Positions 49,474-62,139 of a DNA stretch of 64,000 nucleotides are shown in pieces; position 1 is the first letter of the stretch; every line of letters starts with the position of its first letter. This DNA comes from Curvularia clavata (taxonomy: Eukaryota). The translations under genes were made by a program, and so were the position numbers. Location of the stretch: positions 5,084,001-5,148,000 of the forward strand of contig CP089274.1 in assembly GCA_023920165.1 (NCBI GenBank). Reading direction: 5' to 3'. The notes beneath the pieces were generated by a model. It was not told where the DNA came from, did not search any database, and worked only from the letters and a program-made list of their open reading frames with translations.

Positions 49474-50439
49474 TCATCTTCTCCTTCTCTTCCTTTTCGC
49501 TTCGCCTCCTTTGTCGTTCTTCCAGCTTCCAGCATAGTGATGGGTCACCAGGGGCGGTGGTAGGAGCGCTTCCTGCTTCGGGGTGTAGGTATTTGATGAT
49601 GCTGCAAATGAGGGTCCAGGCATGATCAAAACATCTTCGACCAGGACCGGCTGCACAATTCCCTGTAGCTCGGTCAAGTCGATAGTCGCGTTGAGCTCCT
49701 TCTCCAAACTATGGAAGACGCCATTCGTCAGACGCCGAGGGCCCGTGAAATCGACAACGTCCCCCATCATCTCCAGTGTGATGCTGGAGACTGTGACGTT
49801 GTGTTCGGTCGTCTTTTTCCGCACTTCCTCGAGGATTTCATCTACAACATTCATCATGTGCGGCGATCGTGGTTTCGCCATAATAGTCCAGCTGGCAAAC
49901 TGACGTGGAAAAGGTTCCGGCCAGCCAGCGTCGAATTCCCATCCTGCTACAATCGAGGCATTTTGCTGGTATTCGGACGGCACCCATTCATCTATGGGGA
50001 TGCCCTCGCAGGAGACATCAAGGTCGGACCATATACCACCTTGGTCCCAGAGCAGCAGGTACCGTAGCATATCAGCTTTGTAGATAGGGACAGGAAACGA
50101 GAGATATGTGTCAACGATGTCCGGCCGAAACGCGAACGTCTTGCGAACATATTCATCCCCACTCTCGTCGGTCATGAAGGTCGCCTTGTATTCAGGATTA
50201 TTCTTGATGCAGGTATCGGTCCACTCTCGTGCCTCGTCGGAGAGACCCTTTGGGCCAAGCTTGTACCAGAGAAGTTTGGGAAATTCCTTTGAGATGTGTT
50301 GCGGAGTCCGGAGTGGGCCGGGTAAGCGGACGGTGAAGTCATTTTGGATAAAAAGAAAGTGGTACATCAACCCGATCACGCACAGCGCAATCAAGGTGTA
50401 ATAGTTGAAGATTTTGGCTAGCTGCGGTGGTCGCGGCAT
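49474..50439 (-). CDS. GT32 alpha-1,6-mannosyltransferase (Och1-like)
   Basis: Type II TM anchor; KADMLRYLLLWDQGGIWSDLD (DxD), QFASWTIMAKP, FTGP and HHYAGSWK. Confidence 0.9.
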   Translation of the reverse strand: MPRPPQLAKIFNYYTLIALCVIGLMYHFLFIQNDFTVRLPGPLRTPQHISKEFPKLLWYKLGPKGLSDEAREWTDTCIKNNPEYKATFMTDESGDEYVRKTFAFRPDIVDTYLSFPVPIYKADMLRYLLLWDQGGIWSDLDVSCEGIPIDEWVPSEYQQNASIVAGWEFDAGWPEPFPRQFASWTIMAKPRSPHMMNVVDEILEEVRKKTTEHNVTVSSITLEMMGDVVDFTGPRRLTNGVFHSLEKELNATIDLTELQGIVQPVLVEDVLIMPGPSFAASSNTYTPKQEALLPPPLVTHHYAGSWKNDKGGEAKRKRRRR

Positions 50440-51763
50440 TATGTTGGGCAAAAGGGTTTTGAAAGAGTGACTGAGAAGGGTGAGAAGAGTGAGAAAGGAG
50501 AGGACGCAACGTCGCGATACGAGCGCAACCCGTTTATTAGGTCTTATCGTATCCCTATTTCACCGAAGGTGCACCTTAAAGAAGACAGCCAATTGTGGCG
50601 GGGAGGCGGGGCGCTTACAAGAGCCTGCCCGTCGAGCATGCACGCTCTCAGACAATAGTGGGTCGCGAGTGACATTGGCGCGCAAATCCTCGTACTTCCT
50701 CCAAGCCAGCGCGATACCGCTAACTGACAAACGTTGAACAAACGCGTGCACGACCCTAAGACTAATTTCGAAGCCGGTGAAAACGTTGCCTTTGGGAAAG
50801 CCTAGAAAAGAAAGGGGAGCCCGCTAGCATGAGGCGGAGCTGCCGTGGCTTGTTGCTCTGGAATCTGTCAGCTGTTAGACGTTGACTAGCATGGCGTACC
50901 AGGGAAAGCGACCAACAGAACGATCGCTACTAATGTCAGGGCGTCCCCATTTGTCTGCTATCTTTAGCCCAACAATCCTTCGAAAGAGCGACCGTGCCTC
51001 TTCTCGTACTGAATCCTTCTATATTCTCTGAATCCATCTGCGTGCGCGGGTCCGCTAGCGGGTAAGTAGGTAGGGCTGCACACATCTTATTACAGGGGTT
51101 GTCACTAGTACAGGGTAAAAACGTTTGAGAGATTAAAGGCTAGCGTCAGAAATGTGAGAGCATAAGGCTGAGGGGCCAACCAATGGTTTAAGTTGGCCCG
51201 ACACATGGGAGCTTGTCTAGTCCACGCGTCGCGGGCCGTCTACCCTTGCGTTCGGAGTTGATGGTTAGCGACGCCGATGAGCTCACGTTAGCTTTGTCAC
51301 ATATTGATCAACCCATTGTGCCTAGTGTTTGTCTTCATAATCTCCTTGGAGAGGTTGTTACTGCCAAAAACGCGAGAGAAAGCTTGCATGTGCATGGTCT
51401 CTGAGGAGAGCGTGATGAAAGGAAAAGCAGTGTTAGCTTCCTTCTGAGTTATGGATAACTTTGGGCAAAAGGGATTTCGATTGATTGATCCTTTGTCGTC
51501 TGATCTTCCATATCAGTGAAACAATCAAACTGCCTGCTACTAGCCTGACCCCGTCTTGGTGACACGGTGATCAGCTGATACTTAACTAACTCAATGCCTT
51601 ATCAGATTTTGATTAGACTAATCTGACAACGAAAAGCTGTGGCGATTACAGCTACTTTTCAAAGTAGGATAGATTTGTAGGCCGACATTCTCCGGTTCCA
51701 CCAGCTGTGGGAGAGCTGAACCATGGACCAGATCAACTAACTTTGACTGAAAGAAAAGAAGTT

Positions 51764-53113
51764 CTACAACTTGGACTGCTTCTTTTGTCGTGGCTTGACG
51801 AGTGCGTCCAGCTCTTCATAGAACCGCTCCGGTAGTAGACTCCTCTCGACACCTTGTTTGCCCTCCCATTCCTCCTCCGTCTTACATTCCCAGTCCCAGT
51901 ACCTCTTCATTTCCTTGCCAACCCACTTGCTAATGAGGTCTGCGCTCTCTCCCACCTTCTCCATAGGTATTAGGTGTCCCGTGCCCTTTACCATGACGTT
52001 GTCTACACGGCCCTCTGCACGGCCTCCGCTGCCATTGGTGCCGCTGCCTGTTACCCGCATCTTCTCTTCGATGACTTGATCGTTAGTCAAGAAAGAGTGT
52101 TCACCAAAGATGTAGAAAACAGACGGACGGAGGGACGGTAACTGTTGGAAGACGATTGTGCTCTCGCCACGGTAAAAGGGTGTTTGGGGCTCCTCAAAAG
52201 GCGTCATGTCTGGGTGCGTCCTCCTGTTCAACTTGCGATTGCTCAGCGTAAACTCCGCAGATGACGGCTCCTTGTCTCCTGGCCTGGAGGTAAAGTTTGA
52301 ACGCAAAAATGTCAGGACTTCCTGGTGCTTCGTCGTCGTAAGCGTAACCTCGGGCTTCTTCGCGTCTGGGAACAAAATTGTTGGCACGTCTCTCAGTCCG
52401 TGCTGAACCCAACGCTCCAGCACACGTGGATCCCAGGCTTGGTAGAATTTGCTCTTTGCAAAGCTCTTTGCGGCTTCTTCGCGCGATGGCCAGCGCTCAC
52501 GACGCCGCGCTGATGAAGCGGCTGGAGAGATGTTGCCGCTGATAGAGAGGTTTCCTTGGATGACGGGATCGATGAGAATAAGTGTCTCGAAGAGTCTGGG
52601 GTGAAGAAGAGCGAGATTAGCCAGTTGGCAGCCGCCCATGCTGTGGCCGACGCCGATGATGGGGCGGGGCATTTGGTCGCGGAAGACGTTGACCATGTGG
52701 AGAAGATCTCTGCTGTGATCCAGCCACGCCGCTACACAAGTTAGCCTTTTGGTTAGTACAGTCGTCTGAGTTTACATACGATCATTGCCCAGTTTATCTT
52801 CGTTCAGCACACCACTCCAACCCTGGTGCACAACATCTGCGATCCAGATGCCGCGGATGCCAAAGCCATGCTGCTCGCATCGCTGGAGAAGATCGTCCCA
52901 TAGCGGTTCGTACAGCTCTTTTGCAAATCCATTCGCATGCGCAGCGATGATGGTAATGTCCCCGGATTTCGGGTTCGTGTTGCGGAGCGGCGTGTATTGC
53001 TTGATAGCCAAATGGAGCACCTCCTCTTGCTTTGTTGATGTTGATCGAGGAAATCCGCGGATATGTGATGCCTCTATCTTGTGTTCATCTATCCGGAAGT
53101 ATGTGGAAGACAT
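51764..53113 (-). CDS. Peroxisomal alpha/beta hydrolase (MpaH-like family)
   Basis: HANGFAKELYEPLW, GHSMG nucleophile elbow, GHLIPME and C-terminal PTS1 SKL; one intron at about 52779-52733. Confidence 0.88.
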
Positions 53114-53621
53114 GATTAGATAAGGGGTATTCGGGCGCGACCGACCCTGCTTTAGATAACAATAATAGTAAACGGAGTTGTTCAGTCAGACGGTAAAGGT
53201 GCGATCAAGATGAACAGAAGGTTGTCTCGGTGCACGCCCGAAGAAGATAAAGACAAGCGTTGGTTGATGCTCCAGGTGTCGTGACGAGTTGCCGGCATAA
53301 TCTGGGGGAGAATGCCGAGGTCCATCTGCAGCTTCTCCCCACCTTAACACAGCGACTCAGTCGATCAGTACGCTATGGATAGATTGGCGAATCCGAATTC
53401 AATCTGATTACTTACAACGGGATTTATGGAAGCATCATGCGAAGGCCTATGCATGTATGCGGTTTGCCAATGACGGATACAGCACCGGAAGTGTTTGTGT
53501 GGAGAGTCACGTGAACCATGTCGCGTTCGCGCCTCGCCATTGCGCCTGCCGATCGCGTCTTGGAGGAGAATATCGCCAGTGCTCGTTGACAACACAAGAT
53601 ACATGCCAGACATTCGCAACT

Positions 53622-56325
53622 ATGGAAGACACAACCATGCAAGATAGTTCCCCGGGACTCTTCGATGACCTGAACTTTACCATATACCCCAATGGACTGT
53701 CTCAAGACCGTATACACGAGGTACGCGACGCGTAGCGCCTCTCAGAAGCAAGTGGTGCTAATGTGCTGTCCAGGTTGAACAGGCTATTACTAGCGCACAT
53801 GGAACGGTCATACCATTCGATGCCCCCAAGGGCCGTATAGAGAACCTTGAGAGAATCAGTTACATCATTTCTGAGACGGCCGACTTCCCAGACTACCACC
53901 GCGCCCTCGATCTCATGATACACGTTGTGAAGCCAGCATGGGTGGATGCGTCCCTTCAGGCCATGAAGACTAAGAATCCACGAATGTACAGCCCGGATCC
54001 AGCGCTCTTCATGAATGACGTGGTCGTATGCTGTGGGGACCTACCGAGCGGAGACAAAGAGGCCATTGAAGGTGGCGTGCTGGCCTTGGGCGGGCAGGTT
54101 GCACCAAGTCTCTCCAAATTTGTAACGCATCTTATTGCGCTAGACATCAGTGAGCCGCGGTGCCAGCTCGCGACTAGCAAGCGCCTGCAGTGTGACATTG
54201 TCTTGCCCCACTGGTAAGGCTTTTGTTCGAGGTACAAACCACAGCCGGCACTGACATTCTTAGGTTTGATGACTGCCTCAAAGTTGGTCGGAGGATATCA
54301 GAACGCCCCTATGTGCTACCAAATCCCGAGATCCTTGCCGATGCCGACCCAGGCGCGATTCCTCCAACACGAACAAGCCAGCAGATTCGAGATGCGACCA
54401 CCCCAGATCCGCAGAACAAACCTGTGCCGCCGCCACCGCACTTGGAGCCGCCACGTGCAATCAAAGCTTTTGACGGGAAAAGCGTCAAGCTGGGAGAAGA
54501 TTTGAGCATTAGCAGCAAGCTCAGAGGTATTATAACGGGCATGATCAAGGCCGGAGGTGGCAGTGTGACAACAGATATAGACGAGGCGGATATGTACGTT
54601 TGCAACTACCGAGAAGGCACTGATTATGTCAAGGCCTCACAAGCACGGAAAGACGTTGGAAACCTGGCCTGGCTATACTATCTCATCACACATGGCATAT
54701 GGACGAACCCCATGCAGCGGATGTTGCATTACCCACGGCCTCCTCGAGGCATTCCAGGTTTCGACAGGTACAAGATCAGCATATCAAGCTACACCGGCGA
54801 AGCGCGAGTTTACCTAGAGAACTTGATCAAGGCTACGGGCGCGGAGTTCACCAAGACATTCAAACAGGACAACACGCATCTCATTGCCGCACATAGGAAT
54901 AGCGAAAAGTGCGAGGCAGCAGTCGAGTGGGGAGTAAACATTCTCAACCATCTTTGGCTTGAGGATAGCTACGCCAAATGTCGAGAGATGCCACTGACGG
55001 ACGGCCGCTACACATATTTCCCATCACGAATAAACCTCGGAGAGGTCTTGGGGCAGACTGAGATAGATAGAGAGGCCACCGAAAAGATGTTCTTTTCAAA
55101 ACAAACGAAACCGGTCAAAGCCGCAAAAGCCGCGCCTCAGACCAACAACGTCCCAGCATCGAGTGTCGCGCCGAGGGCGAGCGAACCCCCGGTAACACGC
55201 AGTCCGCCTCCAGCTGAGAAAGCTAAGCGTACCAAATCCGGGGGCAGTGTGCAGACCCCGGCACCTCCGCGCCAGACAGATGGAAAAGAGAATTATACAC
55301 CTGGTAGCCGTGGCGCCAAGGATCGTGCATTATCAAAGCTACACGACGCTGCGCCAGACATTGCCCAGTTTGAAAAAGAGATGAAGCGCAAGGGCGGTGT
55401 CATCCATGGAGGACGCCGGCGAACAGAAGACGAGGTTGAGGAACGAGCGAAGCAAGCAAAGGGCGGCCGTGATTCTGTCTCGAGTAAACGCTCGTTTGAC
55501 GAGGTCGATGAAGATGAAGAAACAGAGGATGAAGCGGCGGATGTACCAACAAAGGGGAAACGAGCGAAAAAGGATAAACTCACACCCATCAAGTTCCGCA
55601 TGTTGATTTCGAAAGACGACCGGTGGGCTAACAATGCGGACAAGGAGTCAAAAGACAAGGCGCGCCTACGCGAGCTTGGCCTCCTCATCACTGACGACTT
55701 CAAAAAAGTAGATCTTGTCTGTGCACCCCATCCAGTGCGAACAAAAAAGTTCATCGCTGCAATAGCGTGCGCGCCCACTCTTGTGTCAACAAGTTATCTC
55801 GACTTTGCGCTCAAGAACAACAAACTCCCGCCAACTGAGAAGCATCTTCTCGAAGCCAGAGACTTTGAAAAAGCCAACAATTTCAAATTCTCGGAGGCAC
55901 TCGAACGCGCCAAGCAAAACAAGCACCGCCTTCTCAAAGACTGGACCATTTTCTGCGCCGAGAAGGTCGCTGGCGGCTTCGACACTTACAAAGATATTAT
56001 CGAAGTCAATGGTGGCAAGTGCTCGCTCTGGAAAGGTCGCGCGGCAACTGTTACAGCCTCCAAACGCATTCTCAACACTTCAGATAAAGAAGTCAGTCAA
56101 AATCAAGTCGAGGACGAAGGCGACGTCTTGTATTTGATTTCTGATGCCGACAAGCGGGAATTCAGCAACTGGGCCAAATTCCGTGAGCTTGCGAAGAAAC
56201 ATGACATGGTTCCTCGCATCGTTAAGACGGAGTGGCTGTTGAGTGTCGCTATGGCACAGTATGTGCACTGGGACCCGGAGTGGGAGCTTAGTGAGGAGAT
56301 TGTGAATGCTGCGGGAAAAAAGTAG
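53622..56325 (+). CDS. RTT107: Multi-BRCT DNA repair scaffold Rtt107/Brc1
   Basis: Several BRCT repeats (VVKPAWV, YSPDP, VTHLI, HW|FDDCLK, YLENLI..GAEFTKT, NHLWLEDSYA, RTKKFIAA, KTEWLL); two introns. Confidence 0.88.
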
Positions 56326-57873
56326 TGATGTGTGTGCGTGTGTTTTAGCACATGTGGCTTCAATGAATGTAGCATAGTCATAGCGATAGGCGTTAGGTTG
56401 TGTGTACGCATAAGAGTAATTGTACTATATTGCTATGTCCGGTCTGGCGGGTAAATTCCATGGTCAAAAAAACCAGTTCTCGAATCGCGATAGCTCATGA
56501 TTAGGAATTCAAAACTAGACCTGCTGGTCAATCACGATGGAAACAAGAGACTTATGTGAGCGCACTTTCTGTGTAACATCCACTATTATATTTATAGCCC
56601 CCAACGATTTCAAATACCCGCATACGCCTGAGTACCTTGTGGCGCAAAATATCATCGCACATAAGATTCTCTTCTCACCTTTTCGGCATGACTTATTGCA
56701 AGTGAGGGAAATATGGACAAATGAACGCCCTGGGCAGAATGTATAGCCATAGTTCATGTTCCTAAAAACCAAGTTCGTATATTTTCCAACCCTTTCTGCT
56801 GCCATCCTCGTCTTCGGTGGCTTTGTCTTCCTGAACCGGCATTTCCTCTTGGAGCGAAGACGGGCTGGAGCGATGCTCGTTGACATACGATCGGTGAAGG
56901 CTTCTTCGATCCGAACGTGCCTCACTGGTCATCAATCGGATATCAGCATGCCTTGGTTGGAGTCTTTAAAGGCTAATGTAAAGTTCAGGAAAGGATTCAC
57001 ATTTTCTGCATTTGCTAAACATGGACCTTCAGGAACATGAAGTATACAGTGTAGGCGATAGACATGAGCTTGGCAAAACAGTTGCCAAGATGCTGGAGGA
57101 AGAGAAAGATGAGTTGGCTGAATAGGTAGCTTTGAAAAAGGGATCGGTTTGGTTTCTTCGTCATAGCCACCACTTTTGGAATCAGTCACATTATATTCTG
57201 ACGAGTAGGAGAATAATACTTTAGTAACGCAGTATCGATAGATTTCGTGTAACGATGGTACAAGCACTTCTGGTTAATCGTACAGATGGCTACTATGTAT
57301 ACGCACATGGATATGTAGTAGTGGGGCCGAAGAGAAAGATGCCGACAGCAAGTGGCGTAAGAGGATGCCTAGTGCTCACGCTCAGAATAATTCTCCGATA
57401 GGACAGGGGATCGGGTGAGTCTCCGATGCCTAGATATGCAAAATGGGCTGGTGCCTATTTTACGGGAGGTTATTTTGGGGCGCAGGAAGACGGGAGGTGG
57501 TGGGTAGGACAAGTGCTGTTGCTGTGGCCGGTGCTGATGAGTATCTATATCGGGATGCGAGACTTGTGGAGATTGAGGCTCAGTGGTGAGATGAGAGGTT
57601 TGGTGAGTTAAAAAGTTTCACGTATTTGACTGTTGCTGAGAGGTGTATGGAAGTGGAAAAATGATGAAGATGATTTATTTCTATGGTGAACATCTAGGTT
57701 GCGAGAGTTCGACAGCAGTGGATGGGGAAATGGGTATATTGATGTTGCAATGCCAATTCAGAATCGGCGAAGAAGAGAAGAAGAAAAAAGGCAAAAATAA
57801 GAAAGACAATCTTCCTGCAAACTATCATACTAACCCTCCAAAAATCCCCTCACACACCTCCCAACATCACCTT

Positions 57874-58488
57874 CTACGGCGACGGCGTATGCACAATCTT
57901 TGGAATCTCAGGCATATCGCCACTAATAGAAGTTCTCTCGTAGTATCTCGATCGCTGCGATGCGGTACTCACGCTGCGCGGCCGACCCGAAGGCCTAATT
58001 GAATTCGCATCATCTGTGCCCTGCAGAATGGGGCTCAACATGACGTTACTCTGGGCTCCCATGCTGAGTCTGCTCACGGAGCTGACGCCACTGCCCGCGC
58101 TTGGTGCCATCTCGGTAATCGGGTTTCGCGATTCCTCCACCGGTGTGATATGTAGTGGGATGAGGTTCATGGTGTCGGTGCTGTGGCGCTTGCTGCGGGC
58201 GCCGGCGTCCGTGTCGACGTACAGTGTGACGCTGCTGGCTCGGTCGCGGCTGAACATGCTGGTCTTGTCCTCGTTGGCAAGGAGGCCTGCTGTGTCAGAC
58301 CTACGCTTGGCGAGCTTCTTGTTTTCTTTACGCCGATAGAAAACGAAGGCGAGGGCGGCGGTCAAGATGGCGACGACTACGATGATGAAGACGGTGGTGG
58401 TGATGATGTTTGATTTTGTCCAGTAAGTGGTGCCTGACTTTGCTTTGTCGCCGTTGGAGTCGGCGTTGTTTGCTGGTAGAGGGGCCAT
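57874..58488 (-). CDS. Single-pass membrane protein with a Ser/Pro-rich cytoplasmic tail
   Basis: ATG at 58488; TM segment IITTTVFIIVVVAILTAALAFVFY followed by RRK; coding-like composition. Confidence 0.7.
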   Translation of the reverse strand: MAPLPANNADSNGDKAKSGTTYWTKSNIITTTVFIIVVVAILTAALAFVFYRRKENKKLAKRRSDTAGLLANEDKTSMFSRDRASSVTLYVDTDAGARSKRHSTDTMNLIPLHITPVEESRNPITEMAPSAGSGVSSVSRLSMGAQSNVMLSPILQGTDDANSIRPSGRPRSVSTASQRSRYYERTSISGDMPEIPKIVHTPSP

Positions 58489-60272
58489 GACGATGGTGTT
58501 TGCTGAAGTCTGAGAAGAATTATGTCCAGCAAGGCTTGAGTTGTACTCGGGGTAGCTGAGACAGCTGAGGTATACTGATGACTTTTGGGAAACGATATGG
58601 AAAGAGAAATCTGCAAGGATAGGTATGACTCTATAGTAAAGCAAGAGCAGTAGTATAGACTTGATGAACTCTTATTGCATAGCCAGTGATACCGGATACC
58701 GGGTACCAGGCAGACATATATCTGTTGGTAAAATGAAACACACAGTGCATGCGTTCAGACCATGGAATCATGGCGCCGAATCGGCGAGCAGGCGTCCACT
58801 ACGTTGTTCGTTCGTCCAAGCACAAAGACGCACAGCCTCAGCACGTGTGGGGAAAATAGGCCCTCCACCGAGGGAACAGCCATTGCGCTCTGGCATCTTG
58901 GCCGAGAGAGTGGAAGGCTTGACGAATGATAGGCGGTCAAAACGGCCGTCAAAGCTCCGACTCCCGTATCGAAAGGAGATACTGAGCAGTGCTGTGGAGC
59001 ACATGGCGGTGGCACAGGCTCATGGATTGAGGGTGCAAAACATGCATCTAGGGGCGCTTATGGTCGAGCCATGCATACGGTGACGCTGCGAGTAGATTAG
59101 GAATTCCATGCACGTGTGGGCAAAGAGTTTTGTGACCTTACTGTATTCATGTATGCAGCTGAAACTATAAGCTCAGCTCGCGGAACTGCTAGTATTAGAT
59201 GGCTTATTCCGCGAGCACTTCCCTAACACGTCACTTAGCTGATAAAGTGTTGACATACCCAAACTGCAGGATAAAAACCAACGCTGTGAGTGTTTCCAGG
59301 GGTCGCCGAAGTTGTTGTGTTGGATCAAGAGTTTCGAATTTCAGGCAAACACGGCCACCTGCGCTAGGAGAAATGAATCATGATTCGGTTGTGGGCACGA
59401 GGCTGAGTATTGCTGGATTTTGGTGTCCCTTAAAGTTTCCAACAAGTCTGCCTAGACCAAGCCAAAGTAGGACGAGATGGCTACGCGAGCGGATTGCGAA
59501 AACAGAGGCTAATGAACCTATTGCGACAAGCCACAATAAGCCATGATGCGATATGAAGGGCTCCCGCTGCGGCGCCACGCTGTTGGAATCATACTTTGCG
59601 TAAGAGATGCTAGGGCCAATGGGAAGGCTACGCTTGCCGAGCAGCGGGTCGGAATAAGACAGCTCATCGCGAGCGCGTGACGACTGGTGGGAAAGACTGT
59701 CACTAACCAGCCAGCAGTGGTGTTGAATGTTGGTGGGTCGTCCGACAACGGGGGCCAGGGCCTTGTGGTTGGCCCCCATTCTGCAGCGTGGCTAGCGTCT
59801 CGCTAACAGTTGCTGGTATGCTATTTTCGGGCCCCAGCATAGCTGCGCCGCAACTCGAACATCGTCATGATCTGTGCGAGTGTTGGAAAGCGGTATACAT
59901 CTATCCAGGTATTGGATCTGGATTCTGCTGTTTCATCGCATCTGACATGACTTCATCTTGCATGTTTCAAGAAGGCTATGTAGTTGGGCCAATACGAGAT
60001 AAACGAGCTACCTAGCTTGCCGTACATACAAACGTTAATTTTACTACGATGATATGCATATGCTTTACCTATTGGTTGGAGGATATAGATTTGTAGTTTG
60101 CATGACCAAGTCCAGCTTTGCCTAGGGGTTTGTTTTGTAGTTCAACGCGTGCAACTCAATTCCTTCTCAGCTCGTACTGAATAAGCTTGACAAAGAAAAA
60201 GAAGAGAAAGAATAAGAAAAAAGGACATGCATCCTATGCTCATACCCAACCAAACGTAAAAAACCAATCTCC

Positions 60273-61583
60273 CTACTCTCCAACCTCAAACCCCACCACA
60301 CCCAAGCCTGTAGGACTCCACCACTCATCATTCCTCTTCTCCCTCCCCAGCAACAACCCCTCTCTCCTCACAAAAAACCTCCACAACTTCCTCGCCTGCG
60401 CATCATCCCTGCCAAAACAATGCCAACTTACCAATCTAACCTCTTCCACTCCCACAACCTGAACCCTATACTTCGTCGAGCAAGACCGACAAGACCATAT
60501 CGGCACCCTTTGTGCCGCGGCCTCGGTCATATTCCTTTGCTCTGCAGTAGTGGGTTTGCGGAAGAGGTTCATTGGGGTACGAGATTGGCGGTGGGCGGGA
60601 AAAGCGGCGTTGACGGCGTGCGTGAAGAGTGGGCTGTTGCGGCCTTCACTTTTTATGTACCGTGATTTCTCGCGAGGAAGGGTGGTTGTGGCGCATTGAT
60701 GGGGACAGAGATAAAGCCTTAGAATGAGGATATCTTGCGCAGATATCTCTGGCTTGCGGAATGTGTACTCATGGCGCACAAGGAGATTGCCGTCGACGCG
60801 CCGGCCAGAGGAGACGAGGTACAGGTCGAGGTTTAGGTTGTGATAGCGGACGGAGTAGGAGTCGGAGAAGAGCGGGATCGGGGGACTGTAATGTCCTTTC
60901 TCCGAGTAAGAGGAGGTGGAGCGTAGGGCGGAGAGGATGTGCAAGAGGACAATACTATATCCTTTCTCTGACCCGTTGCCATCATTGTCGATTTGGACAA
61001 CTCCGGGGAAATGGTCGATGCATGCGTCTTGACCGAAACACGACTTCGTCAATGACGTTTTGCAGTGTAGACCTGGCGGTTTCAAGGCTGGGTGCAGAGT
61101 ATTGCATGCGGTGCAGAACTCGTAATCCACGTTGACACCGTTTTCGGACTGCCAGTCGCGAGATAGAGCGGAAAAGAAGTTCGTGCGGATGGGACTCCAG
61201 CGTTTCTCAAATTTAAAAGCAGCCCAGGACCAGGTGCCGAAAACAGAAAGGGCCTCTTTGCAGGTAAGGGAGAGACTTAGGGCGGATTCAAGGGGCAAGC
61301 ATTCGCTGGCAATCAGTTTGAGGAGTTCGGTGGGTAGCTGGAAGAGAGGAAGGCGACGGTTTGGATCTGAATTGATCTGAGAGGCCGAGCGCGTGTACAG
61401 GGGTTGGTTTTGTGTCTTCGGCTTGCTGCGATTGGGTTTGGATCTGGTGTGGTATTCACCTCGTATGTTTTCTGGCTTGCTGCATGTTGACTTCAGTCGG
61501 GTACTTCGGCGAGGTCGCTCGACAGGTACCACGTCAGGACTCGATGTTGCTGCTTTTCTGCTTCCACGCGGAGCCTTTGCCAT
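60273..61583 (-). CDS. F-box domain protein
   Basis: 436-aa ORF with LFQLPTELLKLIASECLPLESALSLSLTCK and Cys motifs CTACNTLH and CRSCSTKY. Confidence 0.8.
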   Translation of the reverse strand: MAKAPRGSRKAATSSPDVVPVERPRRSTRLKSTCSKPENIRGEYHTRSKPNRSKPKTQNQPLYTRSASQINSDPNRRLPLFQLPTELLKLIASECLPLESALSLSLTCKEALSVFGTWSWAAFKFEKRWSPIRTNFFSALSRDWQSENGVNVDYEFCTACNTLHPALKPPGLHCKTSLTKSCFGQDACIDHFPGVVQIDNDGNGSEKGYSIVLLHILSALRSTSSYSEKGHYSPPIPLFSDSYSVRYHNLNLDLYLVSSGRRVDGNLLVRHEYTFRKPEISAQDILILRLYLCPHQCATTTLPREKSRYIKSEGRNSPLFTHAVNAAFPAHRQSRTPMNLFRKPTTAEQRNMTEAAAQRVPIWSCRSCSTKYRVQVVGVEEVRLVSWHCFGRDDAQARKLWRFFVRREGLLLGREKRNDEWWSPTGLGVVGFEVGE

Positions 61584-62139
61584 TTTGTTTGAGCTTTGAG
61601 GGAATATCTTATTTGTCTCTTAAGAAAAGGACGGGCTGCCAAGTCCTTTTATGCCTAAACGGCATTGCCAGGCAGCAATCGCCTAAGGGGCACCCTAGCG
61701 CAATTCTCAGTGAACTTCGTAGTTAATCCACAAGCTGATAGAGGCTCCCCTTCAATTGTCGAAATCGGAGATGGCGGCCTGCAAAGCTACCCTTCCTTGC
61801 AAAAGTAACTGTAGTTGTCACAGTCATTTATTATTCGGTGTGTTGATAGCTTCAAATTTTTGCTTTTACTGATGCTGGAGAGGTTCGCGATGCCGACATT
61901 GGATGTGTTCATTTCAGTCCCTACTGGGAACTGCGCATCTGCGCTCATATTGTATATCCTGACATAGCGAGCTCGTCTTGTATAGATCAAAACAAGATGA
62001 AAAGAACCAAAGAAATAGACCATCACAGGCCATGCTTTATCATAAATAGCGCCAGTCCATGCAGATTGAACCCAGACAAAGGATGCATGCCAAACCACGA
62101 GAATCCCCAAAACAACTGTCTTCGGCATTTGCACATTTT

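Noticed and set aside
56515..57270. Adjacent minus-strand ORFs of 111 and 136 aa
   Set aside because: No motifs or convincing splice model.
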